Positions 1 to 8,674 of a stretch of DNA of 18,863 bases are shown in pieces. Every line of letters starts with the position of its first letter. Positions within the stretch are counted from its first letter, which is position 1. This DNA is from Promethearchaeota archaeon (GTDB lineage: Archaea > Asgardarchaeota > Lokiarchaeia > Sigyniarchaeales > SOKP01): contig JAHLWH010000051.1 in NCBI GenBank assembly GCA_019058015.1, positions 1-18,863 of the forward strand. The letters run 5' to 3'. The notes beneath the pieces were generated by a model. The model was not told the origin of the DNA, searched no databases, and worked only from the letters and a program-made list of their open reading frames with translations. A program made the translations under genes and the position numbers.

Positions 1-1083
1 ACGGAAAGCACTGTTCAATCTTGTCATCCAACAATAGCAGCGGACGGTTCCGGAAACGTGCACATTGCGTGGAGGGATTATACGGATTATGGCGATTCGG
101 GAGTAGATCCTGATATCTTTTATAAAAAATTCATATCATCTCCATTGAATCCATCCATAATTATAAATAATGGAGATGCGAGTACTGAATCTACCTTAGT
201 GACTCTCACGCTCTCGGCGGATGGAGCAACAGAAATGTGCTTCAAAAATGGCACGATCGGAGGATGGACCAGTTGGGAAGCGTACAGTACAACAAAACAG
301 TTATATTTAGAAGATTCTGTAAACAATAAGGTATATTCAATCGATGTGAAGTTTCGAAATGCAATAGGAGAAACTTCCCCAGTTAGTGATAGCATATTAT
401 ATTTGACGATACCATTGAATCCATCAATAGTAATAAATAATGGAGATGCAACTACTGATTCTGTCTTAGTGACTCTCACGCTCTCGGCGAATGGAGCAAC
501 AGAAATGTGCTTCAAAAATGGAACGATCGGAGGATGGACCAGTTGGGAAGCAGCCAGTACAACAAAACAGTTATATTTAGAAGGTTCTGTAAACAATACG
601 GTATATTCAATCGAGGTGAAGTATCGAAATGCAGCAGGAGAAATTTCGCCAGTTAGTGATAGCATCCTATATTTAATATTCGCACCCTTGAATCCATCTA
701 TAATTATAAATAATGGAGATGCAACTACTGATTCTGTCTTAGTGACTCTCACGCTCTCGGCGGATGGAGCAACAGAAATGTGCTTCAAAAATGGAACGAT
801 CGGAGCATGGACCAGTTGGGAAGCGTACAGTACAACAAAACAGTTATATTTAGAAGGTTCTGTAAACAATACGGTATATTCAATCGATGTGAAGTTTCGA
901 AATGCAGCAGGAGAAACTTCCCCAGTTAGTGATAGCATTCTGTATATTTTAGAAAAAGTTGTTGAAGAAGGACCTCCCTTTGCAATTATCATTGCTATTA
1001 TCGCAGCAATTGCAGGTGGAGGATTAGCTGTTTCTATAACAACAATATTATTGATTCGAAAACGTCGGAGAAAAGTACAATAA
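1..1083 (+). CDS. 5'-truncated membrane-anchored cell-surface protein: beta-propeller-like blade, three Ig-like repeats, C-terminal TM helix and basic tail
   Basis: Frame is open from base 1 (TESTVQSCHPTIAADGSGNVHIAW...DIFYKK, a propeller-blade-like motif), so the GTG at 58 is probably internal. N-x-T sequons occur in each repeat. It ends with hydrophobic FAIIIAIIAAIAGGGLAVSITTILLI followed by RKRRRK and TAA at 1081-1083. Confidence 0.85.
   Translation, partial: TESTVQSCHPTIAADGSGNVHIAWRDYTDYGDSGVDPDIFYKKFISSPLNPSIIINNGDASTESTLVTLTLSADGATEMCFKNGTIGGWTSWEAYSTTKQLYLEDSVNNKVYSIDVKFRNAIGETSPVSDSILYLTIPLNPSIVINNGDATTDSVLVTLTLSANGATEMCFKNGTIGGWTSWEAASTTKQLYLEGSVNNTVYSIEVKYRNAAGEISPVSDSILYLIFAPLNPSIIINNGDATTDSVLVTLTLSADGATEMCFKNGTIGAWTSWEAYSTTKQLYLEGSVNNTVYSIDVKFRNAAGETSPVSDSILYILEKVVEEGPPFAIIIAIIAAIAGGGLAVSITTILLIRKRRRKVQ
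142..948 (+). repeat. Three near-identical intragenic tandem repeats (~270 nt, 90-91 aa)
   Basis: Units start at PLNPSI at 142, 412 and 685 (periods 270 and 273 nt). Long DNA stretches such as ttagtgactctcacgctctcggcg and acagaaatgtgcttcaaaaatgg recur in all three. Confidence 0.95.
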
Positions 1084-1088
1084 TTAAA

Positions 1089-1173
1089 TTTTTCTCTTTT
1101 TTTTCTTTATTCTTTATATATTCCAATTAAGACTCTTTACTTTTTTTATAATAAGGAATTTTCTTTTTTCTTT
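1089..1173 (+). terminator. Oligo-T archaeal terminator-like region
   Basis: Several T-runs (tttttctcttttttttcttt, tttttttt) lie directly after the stop codon at 1083. Confidence 0.45.
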
Positions 1174-1531
1174 TAAATGATTCTATTCCTAATTCACAAT
1201 AAAAACGGAGTAAGATAAAAAGAATTCAAAAAAATTCTACTTCTTTTTTGAAGCCATCTAGTTTTTGTTATTTAATTATATAAATTAACTCCAAAAATGT
1301 TTAATTTTGAACATAATCGATTTGCGGTCATATATATCTTCATTGTTTGAGAACCGATCGTTTTTCTTTTTAATATACTGAAATGAAAATTGAATTGAAT
1401 ATAAAATTCATTTTTTAATTTTACAATGTACCTATCATAAATTATACCTCATATAAGAGGAAATCTATGGTTAAAACTAAATATATTAAAATTATTTAAT
1501 GCGTTATAAATATATATTATTTAGTAAAATA

Positions 1532-2185
1532 TTAATTAAAATCTTCTAAATCTAAAAGTTTTGAATTATTTAATATTTTATTAGCTGAACCATTTTTAAC
1601 CTTTTTATATAAAGTGGTATGAATTATAAAATTTATTATTTCAGCAATTAATCCTAAAATTTGAGTAATAAATATGACTGAAAGAACTATAAACGCTGTG
1701 GAATCTGCTTCGAATGTAAATAATGGTATTCCAAATATTATTGAAGTAATACTGAACCCGATTATTAAAAATAAAATATATTTTAATAGATTAAGATATT
1801 GAGATTTAGGATCAGAGAATTTAATTAAATTATTTAATACAAGCTCTCGTAATTTATTATTTTGAATAATGTTTTCAGGACTGTGAAGTATTTCAATAAA
1901 AAAAATCTTATTATTATTTATTATAATTTTAGAACAATTAAATAAATCGAGATATTGGATTTTATTATTTTCTATAGCAATATTTTTGCAATTTCTTAAG
2001 TAAATTGAGTGAAAATCACAATTTTTTACGTGTAAAAATCTTGTAATATTCTTTATTTTTATTGTATCTTCAATATTTGCACGGGATTCGATTATAAATG
2101 GACTTTCTTTAGTGCCATTCCCTTTCCAACCATTTTCTACAATATGAATATCTAAGTCATTTTCACCGTATATTTTCAAACTCAT
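1532..2185 (-). CDS. Right-handed parallel beta-helix (NosD/pectin-lyase-like) membrane protein
   Basis: GWKGNGTKESPFIIE matches the GxGTxxxPxxI leader motif. IxLxNCxNIxIxNN beta-helix repeats follow, then two hydrophobic TM segments near the C-terminus. Confidence 0.7.
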   Translation of the reverse strand: MSLKIYGENDLDIHIVENGWKGNGTKESPFIIESRANIEDTIKIKNITRFLHVKNCDFHSIYLRNCKNIAIENNKIQYLDLFNCSKIIINNNKIFFIEILHSPENIIQNNKLRELVLNNLIKFSDPKSQYLNLLKYILFLIIGFSITSIIFGIPLFTFEADSTAFIVLSVIFITQILGLIAEIINFIIHTTLYKKVKNGSANKILNNSKLLDLEDFN

Positions 2186-2223
2186 GATAAGTCCCTATTT
2201 TTAATAAAATTAAAATGAGATAT

Positions 2224-2970
2224 TTAAAAGTCTGGTTTTTTCATTTTAAAATCTACTTTCTGCAACAGAACTTTTCTATGTTTCATGCAAAGTTTAGCAA
2301 TTTTTGGACGAATTATGCGATTGGCAATCCAAAACTCTTCTTCTCTAGTTAAATCTTTATCATAAAATTTATCTAATTCAAAAGGGGTTCCAAATTCAAT
2401 TTTTAATTTAAATGGTAAAGTAATCAATGGAAAATATATTGGATCAGCAGGACCATGTTCTTGTTCAATTGAAATTAAGATCGGGCTGGCTTTTTGAAAT
2501 CCTATCAAAGCTGCAGGAACTATTGGAACTTTGTATTTCAAGGCAATTCTAACTATTCCAGGGAAAAACTTCCAAAGAATATGACGATTTAGGAAAGTTC
2601 CAGAATTTCCTTCAGGAAAGATACAAACTAAGGATGGATATTGACTTCCTTTTTTATGTAAATAAGGATTTATGTATTTCCATCTAATACCTCCTCGTAA
2701 CCATAAAGGAATTCCCCCAACTAAGAAATATCTCCCCCACGATGAATTTATATAATGATATTTATCCCAATCTAAGACATGAATATCCCTTGTTGGATGA
2801 CAACAACTTATTGCATGATTATCTAAATCATAACCACCTTCATGATGTGCTACAATAAGAGCTGCACCATCTGGTATATTTTCTAATCCAATAATTTTCA
2901 GCTGATGGTATATTTTGAAATACCAGTGATAAAAAAACTTTTGAGATTTCCTGTATGTTTCAATATTCAT
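2224..2970 (-). CDS. Lysophospholipid/glycerolipid acyltransferase (PlsC/LPLAT superfamily)
   Basis: GLENIP motif, HX4D catalytic motif (HEGGYD), FPEG motif, and VPIVP. The ATG at 2970 is preferred over the TTG at 2979. Confidence 0.85.
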   Translation of the reverse strand: MNIETYRKSQKFFYHWYFKIYHQLKIIGLENIPDGAALIVAHHEGGYDLDNHAISCCHPTRDIHVLDWDKYHYINSSWGRYFLVGGIPLWLRGGIRWKYINPYLHKKGSQYPSLVCIFPEGNSGTFLNRHILWKFFPGIVRIALKYKVPIVPAALIGFQKASPILISIEQEHGPADPIYFPLITLPFKLKIEFGTPFELDKFYDKDLTREEEFWIANRIIRPKIAKLCMKHRKVLLQKVDFKMKKPDF

Positions 2971-3205
2971 TAAATTCAAAAGAAAAAATATTCAAAACCT
3001 TTTTAGTTTTAATAATATGTGTAGATATTTTCAAGATGAATCCCACATTGCATTACCAAATCAACTATTTCGTCATTAGTTAAAGTTTCTGAAATACAAA
3101 TTAAATGATTTTATCTCTAAAATAATAGAAAAAAATTCATATTTTTTTTAGATTAAAGATAAATATTCGATTATTTTTGTCTTAGGAAAAATTTTTAAAA
3201 AAATT

Positions 3206-4681
3206 TTAAGCTCCTCTTTTGCTTTTTATCTTTTCAAAATTTCTCCCCATAATTTTTTTTATCTTTATTCTGTCCCATGGTGTTGATGGATGATCTCGAA
3301 ACGCTAATTGCCTCGCCCATTGTCTTCCAAATTCCCAAGTATATTTACATAATGCTTCAGCAATTTCTGGTTCTTCTTCGATTAAGTTTTTTCTCTCTTC
3401 TGGATCTTTAATCATATCATATAATTCATCTTTCCCACCTTTCCCTCCACGGTTATCAATAAATTTCCACTTAGGTGTTCTGCATCCAGCTCTTACTTGA
3501 AATGCGCCAATAAAAATCATATCGTGAATTACATCAAGACCCGAATCTTTGTTTTCAATTGCGGGATTCAAGGAAAGGCTTTCCATTCCTCTGACTATCC
3601 TTACTCCAGCAGTTTTTAACAAAAAACCAGAAATATCTGGAGTTGTTAATAGTGCATTTATAATTCTTCCCCTATCAAATCCCGGGCCCTTCACGATGAA
3701 AGGAATTTTAGCTAATTCCTCATAAATTGGAACCCCAAATTTCCTTATAGTACCATGCTCTCCGTATGGTTCTCCATGGTCACTAATAACAATGAAAATG
3801 GTATCATCTGTTAATCCTAAATCATCTATTTTTTGAATTACTCTTCCTACTTCCATATCGGACTCGAAATTAGTTGCATGTACATGAGCTAAGAGATTTT
3901 TCATCACACCATCTGGAACCCACGCTGCATTAGAAGGAGGCATGGGGCAAATTCCTGAAGATTTATCCAACAAGTATTCAAAGGGTTTTAAAAATTCTTC
4001 CTCTGCTAACCAAGGCTCATGAGGTTCAAAATGATCAATCCATAAAAAGAATGGGGTTTGTTCATTTTTTAAAGAATCTAACCAATCTATTGCCATATTA
4101 GTAACATAAGCTGCACGCCTAATATTTTGTGTTTCCTTTAGATAAAGTTCATTAGCCCGTGTTTTTAGGAAAATATCTTGTTCTATATTAATAGTTAAAT
4201 CACCTCGTTCGCGATCCACTTCTAGATCGTCTTCAATCCAAAAATAATCGTTTAAATTAATTTTGGATAAAAATTTGCTTGCTCCGGGAACTTCAAATTG
4301 AACTTTTCCATAAGGAGAGTGTTTAAATGTATCAAAACCAATATGACAATTATTTACCTCAGTCGTCATCGGACTATCTCCAAAAAGAGCAGTTTTATAA
4401 CCTTTCCTTTTAATAAATTCCGTTATATGCAAATCATAATCGGTCATAGGTTTCCAAGTTCGATTTGTATGAGTATATATTCCCGCCAGCAATGCTGTTC
4501 TTGTAGGAATTGTTATGGGATATTCAGAATATGCATTGATAAAATTTATTCCATCTGCCGCTAATTTGTCAATATTTGCTGTTTTGGCGATCTTGCAACC
4601 ATTACAACCTAAATAATCCGGTCTTAGTGAATCTAACATAAAAACTATGATATTAGGTCGTTTTTGATCCATTTCGATCAT
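3206..4681 (-). CDS. Sulfatase-like / alkaline-phosphatase-superfamily hydrolase or transferase
   Basis: PNIIVFMLDSLRPD, TIPTR at the nucleophile position, PFFLWIDHFEPHEP, SDHGE, IPFIV and ELYD..DPEE are all sulfatase-fold motifs. Confidence 0.88.
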   Translation of the reverse strand: MIEMDQKRPNIIVFMLDSLRPDYLGCNGCKIAKTANIDKLAADGINFINAYSEYPITIPTRTALLAGIYTHTNRTWKPMTDYDLHITEFIKRKGYKTALFGDSPMTTEVNNCHIGFDTFKHSPYGKVQFEVPGASKFLSKINLNDYFWIEDDLEVDRERGDLTINIEQDIFLKTRANELYLKETQNIRRAAYVTNMAIDWLDSLKNEQTPFFLWIDHFEPHEPWLAEEEFLKPFEYLLDKSSGICPMPPSNAAWVPDGVMKNLLAHVHATNFESDMEVGRVIQKIDDLGLTDDTIFIVISDHGEPYGEHGTIRKFGVPIYEELAKIPFIVKGPGFDRGRIINALLTTPDISGFLLKTAGVRIVRGMESLSLNPAIENKDSGLDVIHDMIFIGAFQVRAGCRTPKWKFIDNRGGKGGKDELYDMIKDPEERKNLIEEEPEIAEALCKYTWEFGRQWARQLAFRDHPSTPWDRIKIKKIMGRNFEKIKSKRGA

Positions 4682-4698
4682 ATAAAAATCTTAAATTT

Positions 4699-5067
4699 TT
4701 AAATTTCACTAATTAAATTCATAATGATTTCTGCAAGTTTAATGCTTTTATCGCAATTTACTTTACTAAATATCTTTCTTAATTCATAATCAGCCTCTAC
4801 ACGATAAGAAAACAAAGTTTCAAGACTGTCAGCAATATCTCCTCTTTTGAAATCCTCTTTTAGACACATTCTAAGATCAAGATGCAAACGTTTAGTATTT
4901 AAAAATCTAAAACCCAAATTTTCTAATTTATTTTTTGATTTTAAAAAAGCTGCATAATAACTTCTTGATATAGATGTTCTAAATTTTCCTTGTGTAGGTA
5001 AATTATCATGCATTAATACTTTATTGGCGATTTCTAAAAATTCCTCTGGATCAAAAAAATAACTCAA
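4699..5067 (-). CDS. HEPN domain protein
   Basis: FDPEEFL...RTSISRSYYAAF...H...RVEADY is the RxxADY-type HEPN signature. An SD-like GGTGAG precedes the TTG start. Confidence 0.8.
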   Translation of the reverse strand: MSYFFDPEEFLEIANKVLMHDNLPTQGKFRTSISRSYYAAFLKSKNKLENLGFRFLNTKRLHLDLRMCLKEDFKRGDIADSLETLFSYRVEADYELRKIFSKVNCDKSIKLAEIIMNLISEI

Positions 5068-5075
5068 ATTCTCAC

Positions 5076-5453
5076 CTATGATAAATCGAGTTTTATGTAA
5101 AAGACCTTATTGAATCCAATAAATTTATTTTTTACTTCTTCTGAACTTGTTTCTATAATAGTTTCAATTCTCTTTCTTATAAATTTACCAAGATCATACC
5201 ATATTTTTATTTCATCTTCAAATGAAATGTTTTTAAATTTCAGAAGAAGCATTATTTTCTTAATACTCGGAACTTCAAAATCAGTTTCAAAATAAATTTT
5301 GCTTTTTAATGGTATATTTGATATGTTTAGAAATTCTTTTAATCCAATTTCAATTTCATAAATAAATTTTTTAAAATGATTATTCGAATTCTTTTCTTTT
5401 TCTATATCTTGAGATAGGACATTTATTGCAATATTTTGTTCTACCTCTTTCAT
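5076..5453 (-). CDS. Hypothetical protein, probable HEPN partner (possible degenerate nucleotidyltransferase fold)
   Basis: 125-aa ORF ending 8 nt before the HEPN start. No GS..G/DxD MNT motif is visible. Confidence 0.6.
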   Translation of the reverse strand: MKEVEQNIAINVLSQDIEKEKNSNNHFKKFIYEIEIGLKEFLNISNIPLKSKIYFETDFEVPSIKKIMLLLKFKNISFEDEIKIWYDLGKFIRKRIETIIETSSEEVKNKFIGFNKVFYIKLDLS

Positions 5454-5548
5454 AATTATCTGTTTAATTTTAGATTTTTCTTCTATTATCTATGTTATTA
5501 TTATAATTTATTTTATTTATTTCTGTTTTAAATTTTGTATCAATAGAT

Positions 5549-6280
5549 CTATTTTAATATTATGTCTCTTCTTTCTTTTGGTAATTTTTCACTAGCATAC
5601 CTAAGAATTAATCTCGAAAGTGTTTTTTTATTCTCCTCTAAGTAATTAAAAATTGTATTAGGTTTATATTTTGAACATGTTTTGAGCAACCATCCTATTC
5701 CTTTTTGGATATAATCTTCAGGGAATGAGAGCATCTTTTCTACTAATTTAAATACATAATTTTTATCAAAATCTTTTTTTAAAGAGATAATTTTTAATAA
5801 AATAACCATAGATGCACGTCGAATCCATAAATTTTCAGAGTGAGACCATTTTTCAATAGTTTTTTTTGCTAACTTATCATTTTTTGCAAGAAATGGTCCT
5901 ATTATTCTAATTACACTACTATCACATAAAGCCCATGTATCACAAGATTCGAAAAGGGCATCATGAAATAAATTAATAGTATTTTCATCAAACTGTTTTT
6001 TAAATCGATTAATAAAAAAGAATCCAGCAAATTTCTCATCGTCGATATTAGATTTTAGTAAAATTTTAAAAATTTGAATTGAATCATTGTAAGTGGCATT
6101 ATTTTCTTTAAAAATGTCTCTTACTATTTTTTCTATCTCAGACAATTTAAGAGCATATGTATAAAAATTAGGATTATTTGAATTAAGAATCTTTAACATT
6201 CGCTCTTTTTGATCTTGAGTTAGCGTTCGAGCACTTTCTTTTAATTTAGATTTAATTTCATTTGCAATTTTTTGAATCAT
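5549..6280 (-). CDS. DNA alkylation repair protein (AlkD-like HEAT-repeat)
   Basis: DTWALCD, WSHSENLWIRR, DYIQKGIGWLLK and RYASEKL match the AlkD family pattern. Confidence 0.85.
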   Translation of the reverse strand: MIQKIANEIKSKLKESARTLTQDQKERMLKILNSNNPNFYTYALKLSEIEKIVRDIFKENNATYNDSIQIFKILLKSNIDDEKFAGFFFINRFKKQFDENTINLFHDALFESCDTWALCDSSVIRIIGPFLAKNDKLAKKTIEKWSHSENLWIRRASMVILLKIISLKKDFDKNYVFKLVEKMLSFPEDYIQKGIGWLLKTCSKYKPNTIFNYLEENKKTLSRLILRYASEKLPKERRDIILK

Positions 6281-6297
6281 AAGAAAGTCCTTACAAT

Positions 6298-6765
6298 TTA
6301 ATCATATGTGAAAACTTTATCTAATAATAAACCTTCATCGTCAATTCCCATTTTCTTATACAAAGCAATTGCTTTTTTATTTTTGAAACTTGTTGTAATG
6401 TGAAATGCCGTAGCCTTTTTTGATCTTGCTACATCAATCAATTCCTTTAGGAGTTTTTTGCCGTATCCTCTATTTTGAAATTCTTTTTTAATGAAAAAAT
6501 TTTGAAGATATGCACTGTAGCCTGCGTGTCCAAATTCAGGATAGATCCAAACATCCCCAAATCCTATTAATTGATTATTATCTTCCACAACGAGTATTGT
6601 ATGATATTTATCGTCAAATCCCTCAATCATTATTTGTTTAATTACATCTTTATTTATCTCTATTTCACCAAAATCACCTTGGTAAATTTCATCAATTGTC
6701 TCTTCAAATAAAACAGTTAAATCCACTAAGGTATCAATATCTTCCTTCTCTGCTTTGCGAATCAT
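6298..6765 (-). CDS. GNAT family N-acetyltransferase
   Basis: IRKAEKED N-terminus, acetyl-CoA-binding motif A (FQNRGYGKKLL), and NKKAIALYKKMG. Confidence 0.88.
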   Translation of the reverse strand: MIRKAEKEDIDTLVDLTVLFEETIDEIYQGDFGEIEINKDVIKQIMIEGFDDKYHTILVVEDNNQLIGFGDVWIYPEFGHAGYSAYLQNFFIKKEFQNRGYGKKLLKELIDVARSKKATAFHITTSFKNKKAIALYKKMGIDDEGLLLDKVFTYD

Positions 6766-6787
6766 AATTTTAAGTCTTATGTTATTT

Positions 6788-7219
6788 TTAAATTGAGAAA
6801 GAAATTTTTTTAAGATCTTCTTCTGAATCTGCTTTCCCGATAATTATACAATTCTTTATGTTAAGATTATTAAAGTTCAAAGAACTGTCTTTAGCAACAA
6901 CACAATTTTCCAAGTTAATGTTAGCTCCAATCTTTACCTTATCAAAAATAATACTATTAGTAAGTTGGACATAATCACCTATTTCTGAATTACTTCCAAC
7001 ATAAACGTTTGGTCCTAAAAGAACGTCATCTCCAAGTTTTACTTTCTCACTAAGATATACAGGTTCAATAAAGGTGGGGTAATCACCGATGTAATTTTCA
7101 ACATGAAGCCCTTTAAATTGCGTTTTAAATAAGTCTAACATTAAATTATGGATTTTTGAAGCATCAATTTCTTGATTATTTGCTAAAATTTTTCTAATAA
7201 TTTCCAATTTTTCTTTCAA
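6788..7219 (-). CDS. Left-handed beta-helix (hexapeptide repeat) protein resembling the C-terminal domain of NDP-sugar pyrophosphorylases
   Basis: IEPVYL, LGDDVLLGPNVYVGSNSEIGD, NSIIFD and IGANINLENCVV hexapeptide repeats. No GxGxR nucleotidyltransferase domain is present. Confidence 0.75.
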   Translation of the reverse strand: MKEKLEIIRKILANNQEIDASKIHNLMLDLFKTQFKGLHVENYIGDYPTFIEPVYLSEKVKLGDDVLLGPNVYVGSNSEIGDYVQLTNSIIFDKVKIGANINLENCVVAKDSSLNFNNLNIKNCIIIGKADSEEDLKKISFSI

Positions 7220-7328
7220 TTTCTTTCAATCCTTCTTTTTACTTGTTGGTTATAACACTCCTAATTTTTAAACAATTTTATATCTTCAATGGCATTGATT
7301 TATCCATATTATTTATTTTACTACAAAA

Positions 7329-8051
7329 TTACTTTCTTAAACCAATGATTTCAATTAATTTATTAATATTTTCTCCTGTTTTTGCACTTGTAGTTATAAC
7401 TTGAATATTAGGATTAATTTTTTTTGCATCACTTACCATTTTATCTATGTTTGTTTCTAATATCTCAGCCAGATCTATTTTATTAATTACTGCAATATCG
7501 GACATTTTAAATAACATTGGATGCTTTTCAATAACCCATTCTCCCTCTGTAATTGAAACAATTGTTATTCTTTTATCTGTGCCCAAAATAAAATCAGAGG
7601 GACAAATTAAATTTCCGACATTCTCAATAAAAATAAGATCATAATTATTCAAATCCTTATTTTTAATTATCTGATTTATGTGATAAGCGTTTAAAGCACA
7701 TTCTCGACCAGTATTTATTTGGATTGACTCCGCATTGTGTTTTTCTATTCGATTAGCATCCACTCTGGTTGTAACATCACCGCATATAACTAATATCCTA
7801 TATTTTGAAGCTAATTTTTCAAGTATTTTTTCTATTATTGCAGTCTTGCCAGCGCCAATTGCACCGACTATATCAACGGATTTTATATTATATTTTTTAA
7901 ATTCTTGATTTATTTGGTCAGCTAAGATTTCATTTTGTTTCATAATATCTTCTTCTATTTGTATCGCAAGTTCCCTTTCTTTTCCTTTAGTCAATTTATT
8001 ACTGTCAAGTTCCATAAACCTTTGAATCTCACGTTCTTCTTTATCAGACAT
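7329..8051 (-). CDS. hypB: Hydrogenase nickel-insertion GTPase HypB
   Basis: P-loop GAIGAGKT, ENVGNLICP, SITEGE, KHP, NKID and SAKTG. Confidence 0.92.
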   Translation of the reverse strand: MSDKEEREIQRFMELDSNKLTKGKERELAIQIEEDIMKQNEILADQINQEFKKYNIKSVDIVGAIGAGKTAIIEKILEKLASKYRILVICGDVTTRVDANRIEKHNAESIQINTGRECALNAYHINQIIKNKDLNNYDLIFIENVGNLICPSDFILGTDKRITIVSITEGEWVIEKHPMLFKMSDIAVINKIDLAEILETNIDKMVSDAKKINPNIQVITTSAKTGENINKLIEIIGLRK

Positions 8052-8226
8052 TTAATACAACTATTTTTCTGTAAAAATTTTGTATTATAATTACTGTTTT
8101 TATGAATATTAGGTTTTAAAAAAAATTACCTTATTATTTAGATAATTCAAAAATTTTTTATTACTATCAAATAACGTGAATTTATGTCAATCTCAATAAT
8201 TTACAAAAAAAAGAAAATATTCGATT

Positions 8227-8673
8227 TTATTGTATCATACAAATAATTCTTTTATCTTTTATTATTAACCAATTAAATTGTATAATAGCTTTCATACCAA
8301 TTAATGGAATATCAAATTTTTGAGCAATAATAAATTCATTCTTATTTTGATATTCTTTAGGTAATTGTAAAATCTCATCTTTATTAATTTTAATAGTTTT
8401 TATCGGTGTTTTATCAGGCTTCAAAATCTCCACTTTACATAAATAATTATCATAAGTAATAGCCCCAAAAACAGTATAACCTTTTCCTTGACTTATCTTT
8501 TTTAAGTTTAAATCTTGAATTATTTTATCATCTAAACCAAAATATCCAGTAAAACCAGTATCAAAAATGCAAGATTTAATTACATTAATACTTGTTTTTG
8601 GATTAGTAATTCTCACCAATATTAAAGGGATATTCTCTTTTTGACTGATCCTCCAACATCCTATAAGTTGCAA
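8227..8673 (-). CDS. Clan AA (retropepsin-like) aspartic protease
   Basis: Catalytic DTG in IFDTGFTG, flap-like TVFG, C-terminal PLIGM, and single-domain size (148 aa). Confidence 0.75.
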   Translation of the reverse strand: MQLIGCWRISQKENIPLILVRITNPKTSINVIKSCIFDTGFTGYFGLDDKIIQDLNLKKISQGKGYTVFGAITYDNYLCKVEILKPDKTPIKTIKINKDEILQLPKEYQNKNEFIIAQKFDIPLIGMKAIIQFNWLIIKDKRIICMIQ

Positions 8674-8674
8674 G

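Noticed and set aside
142-948. Repeats as a DGR template/variable pair or a CRISPR array
   Set aside because: They are in-frame coding repeats with no spacers. Differences are not adenine-specific, and no reverse transcriptase or cas gene is present.
120-992. 290-aa minus-strand ORF
   Set aside because: It is the antisense shadow of the repeat gene. One stop-free unit repeated three times explains its length, and the plus strand has the coherent architecture.
2971-3100. Upstream extension of the acyltransferase through an in-frame TGA (selenocysteine or frameshift)
   Set aside because: Another in-frame TGA lies shortly upstream, there is no Sec-type motif or recognisable SECIS, and the family is not a known selenoprotein. 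A decayed N-terminus cannot be excluded.
4298-4564. 88-aa plus-strand Cys-rich ORF
   Set aside because: It is fully antisense to the well-supported sulfatase-like gene.
5110-5295. 61-aa plus-strand ORF
   Set aside because: It is antisense to the HEPN partner, and its hydrophobic bias is typical of reverse-strand AT-rich codons.
7447-7644. 65-aa plus-strand ORF
   Set aside because: It is antisense to hypB.
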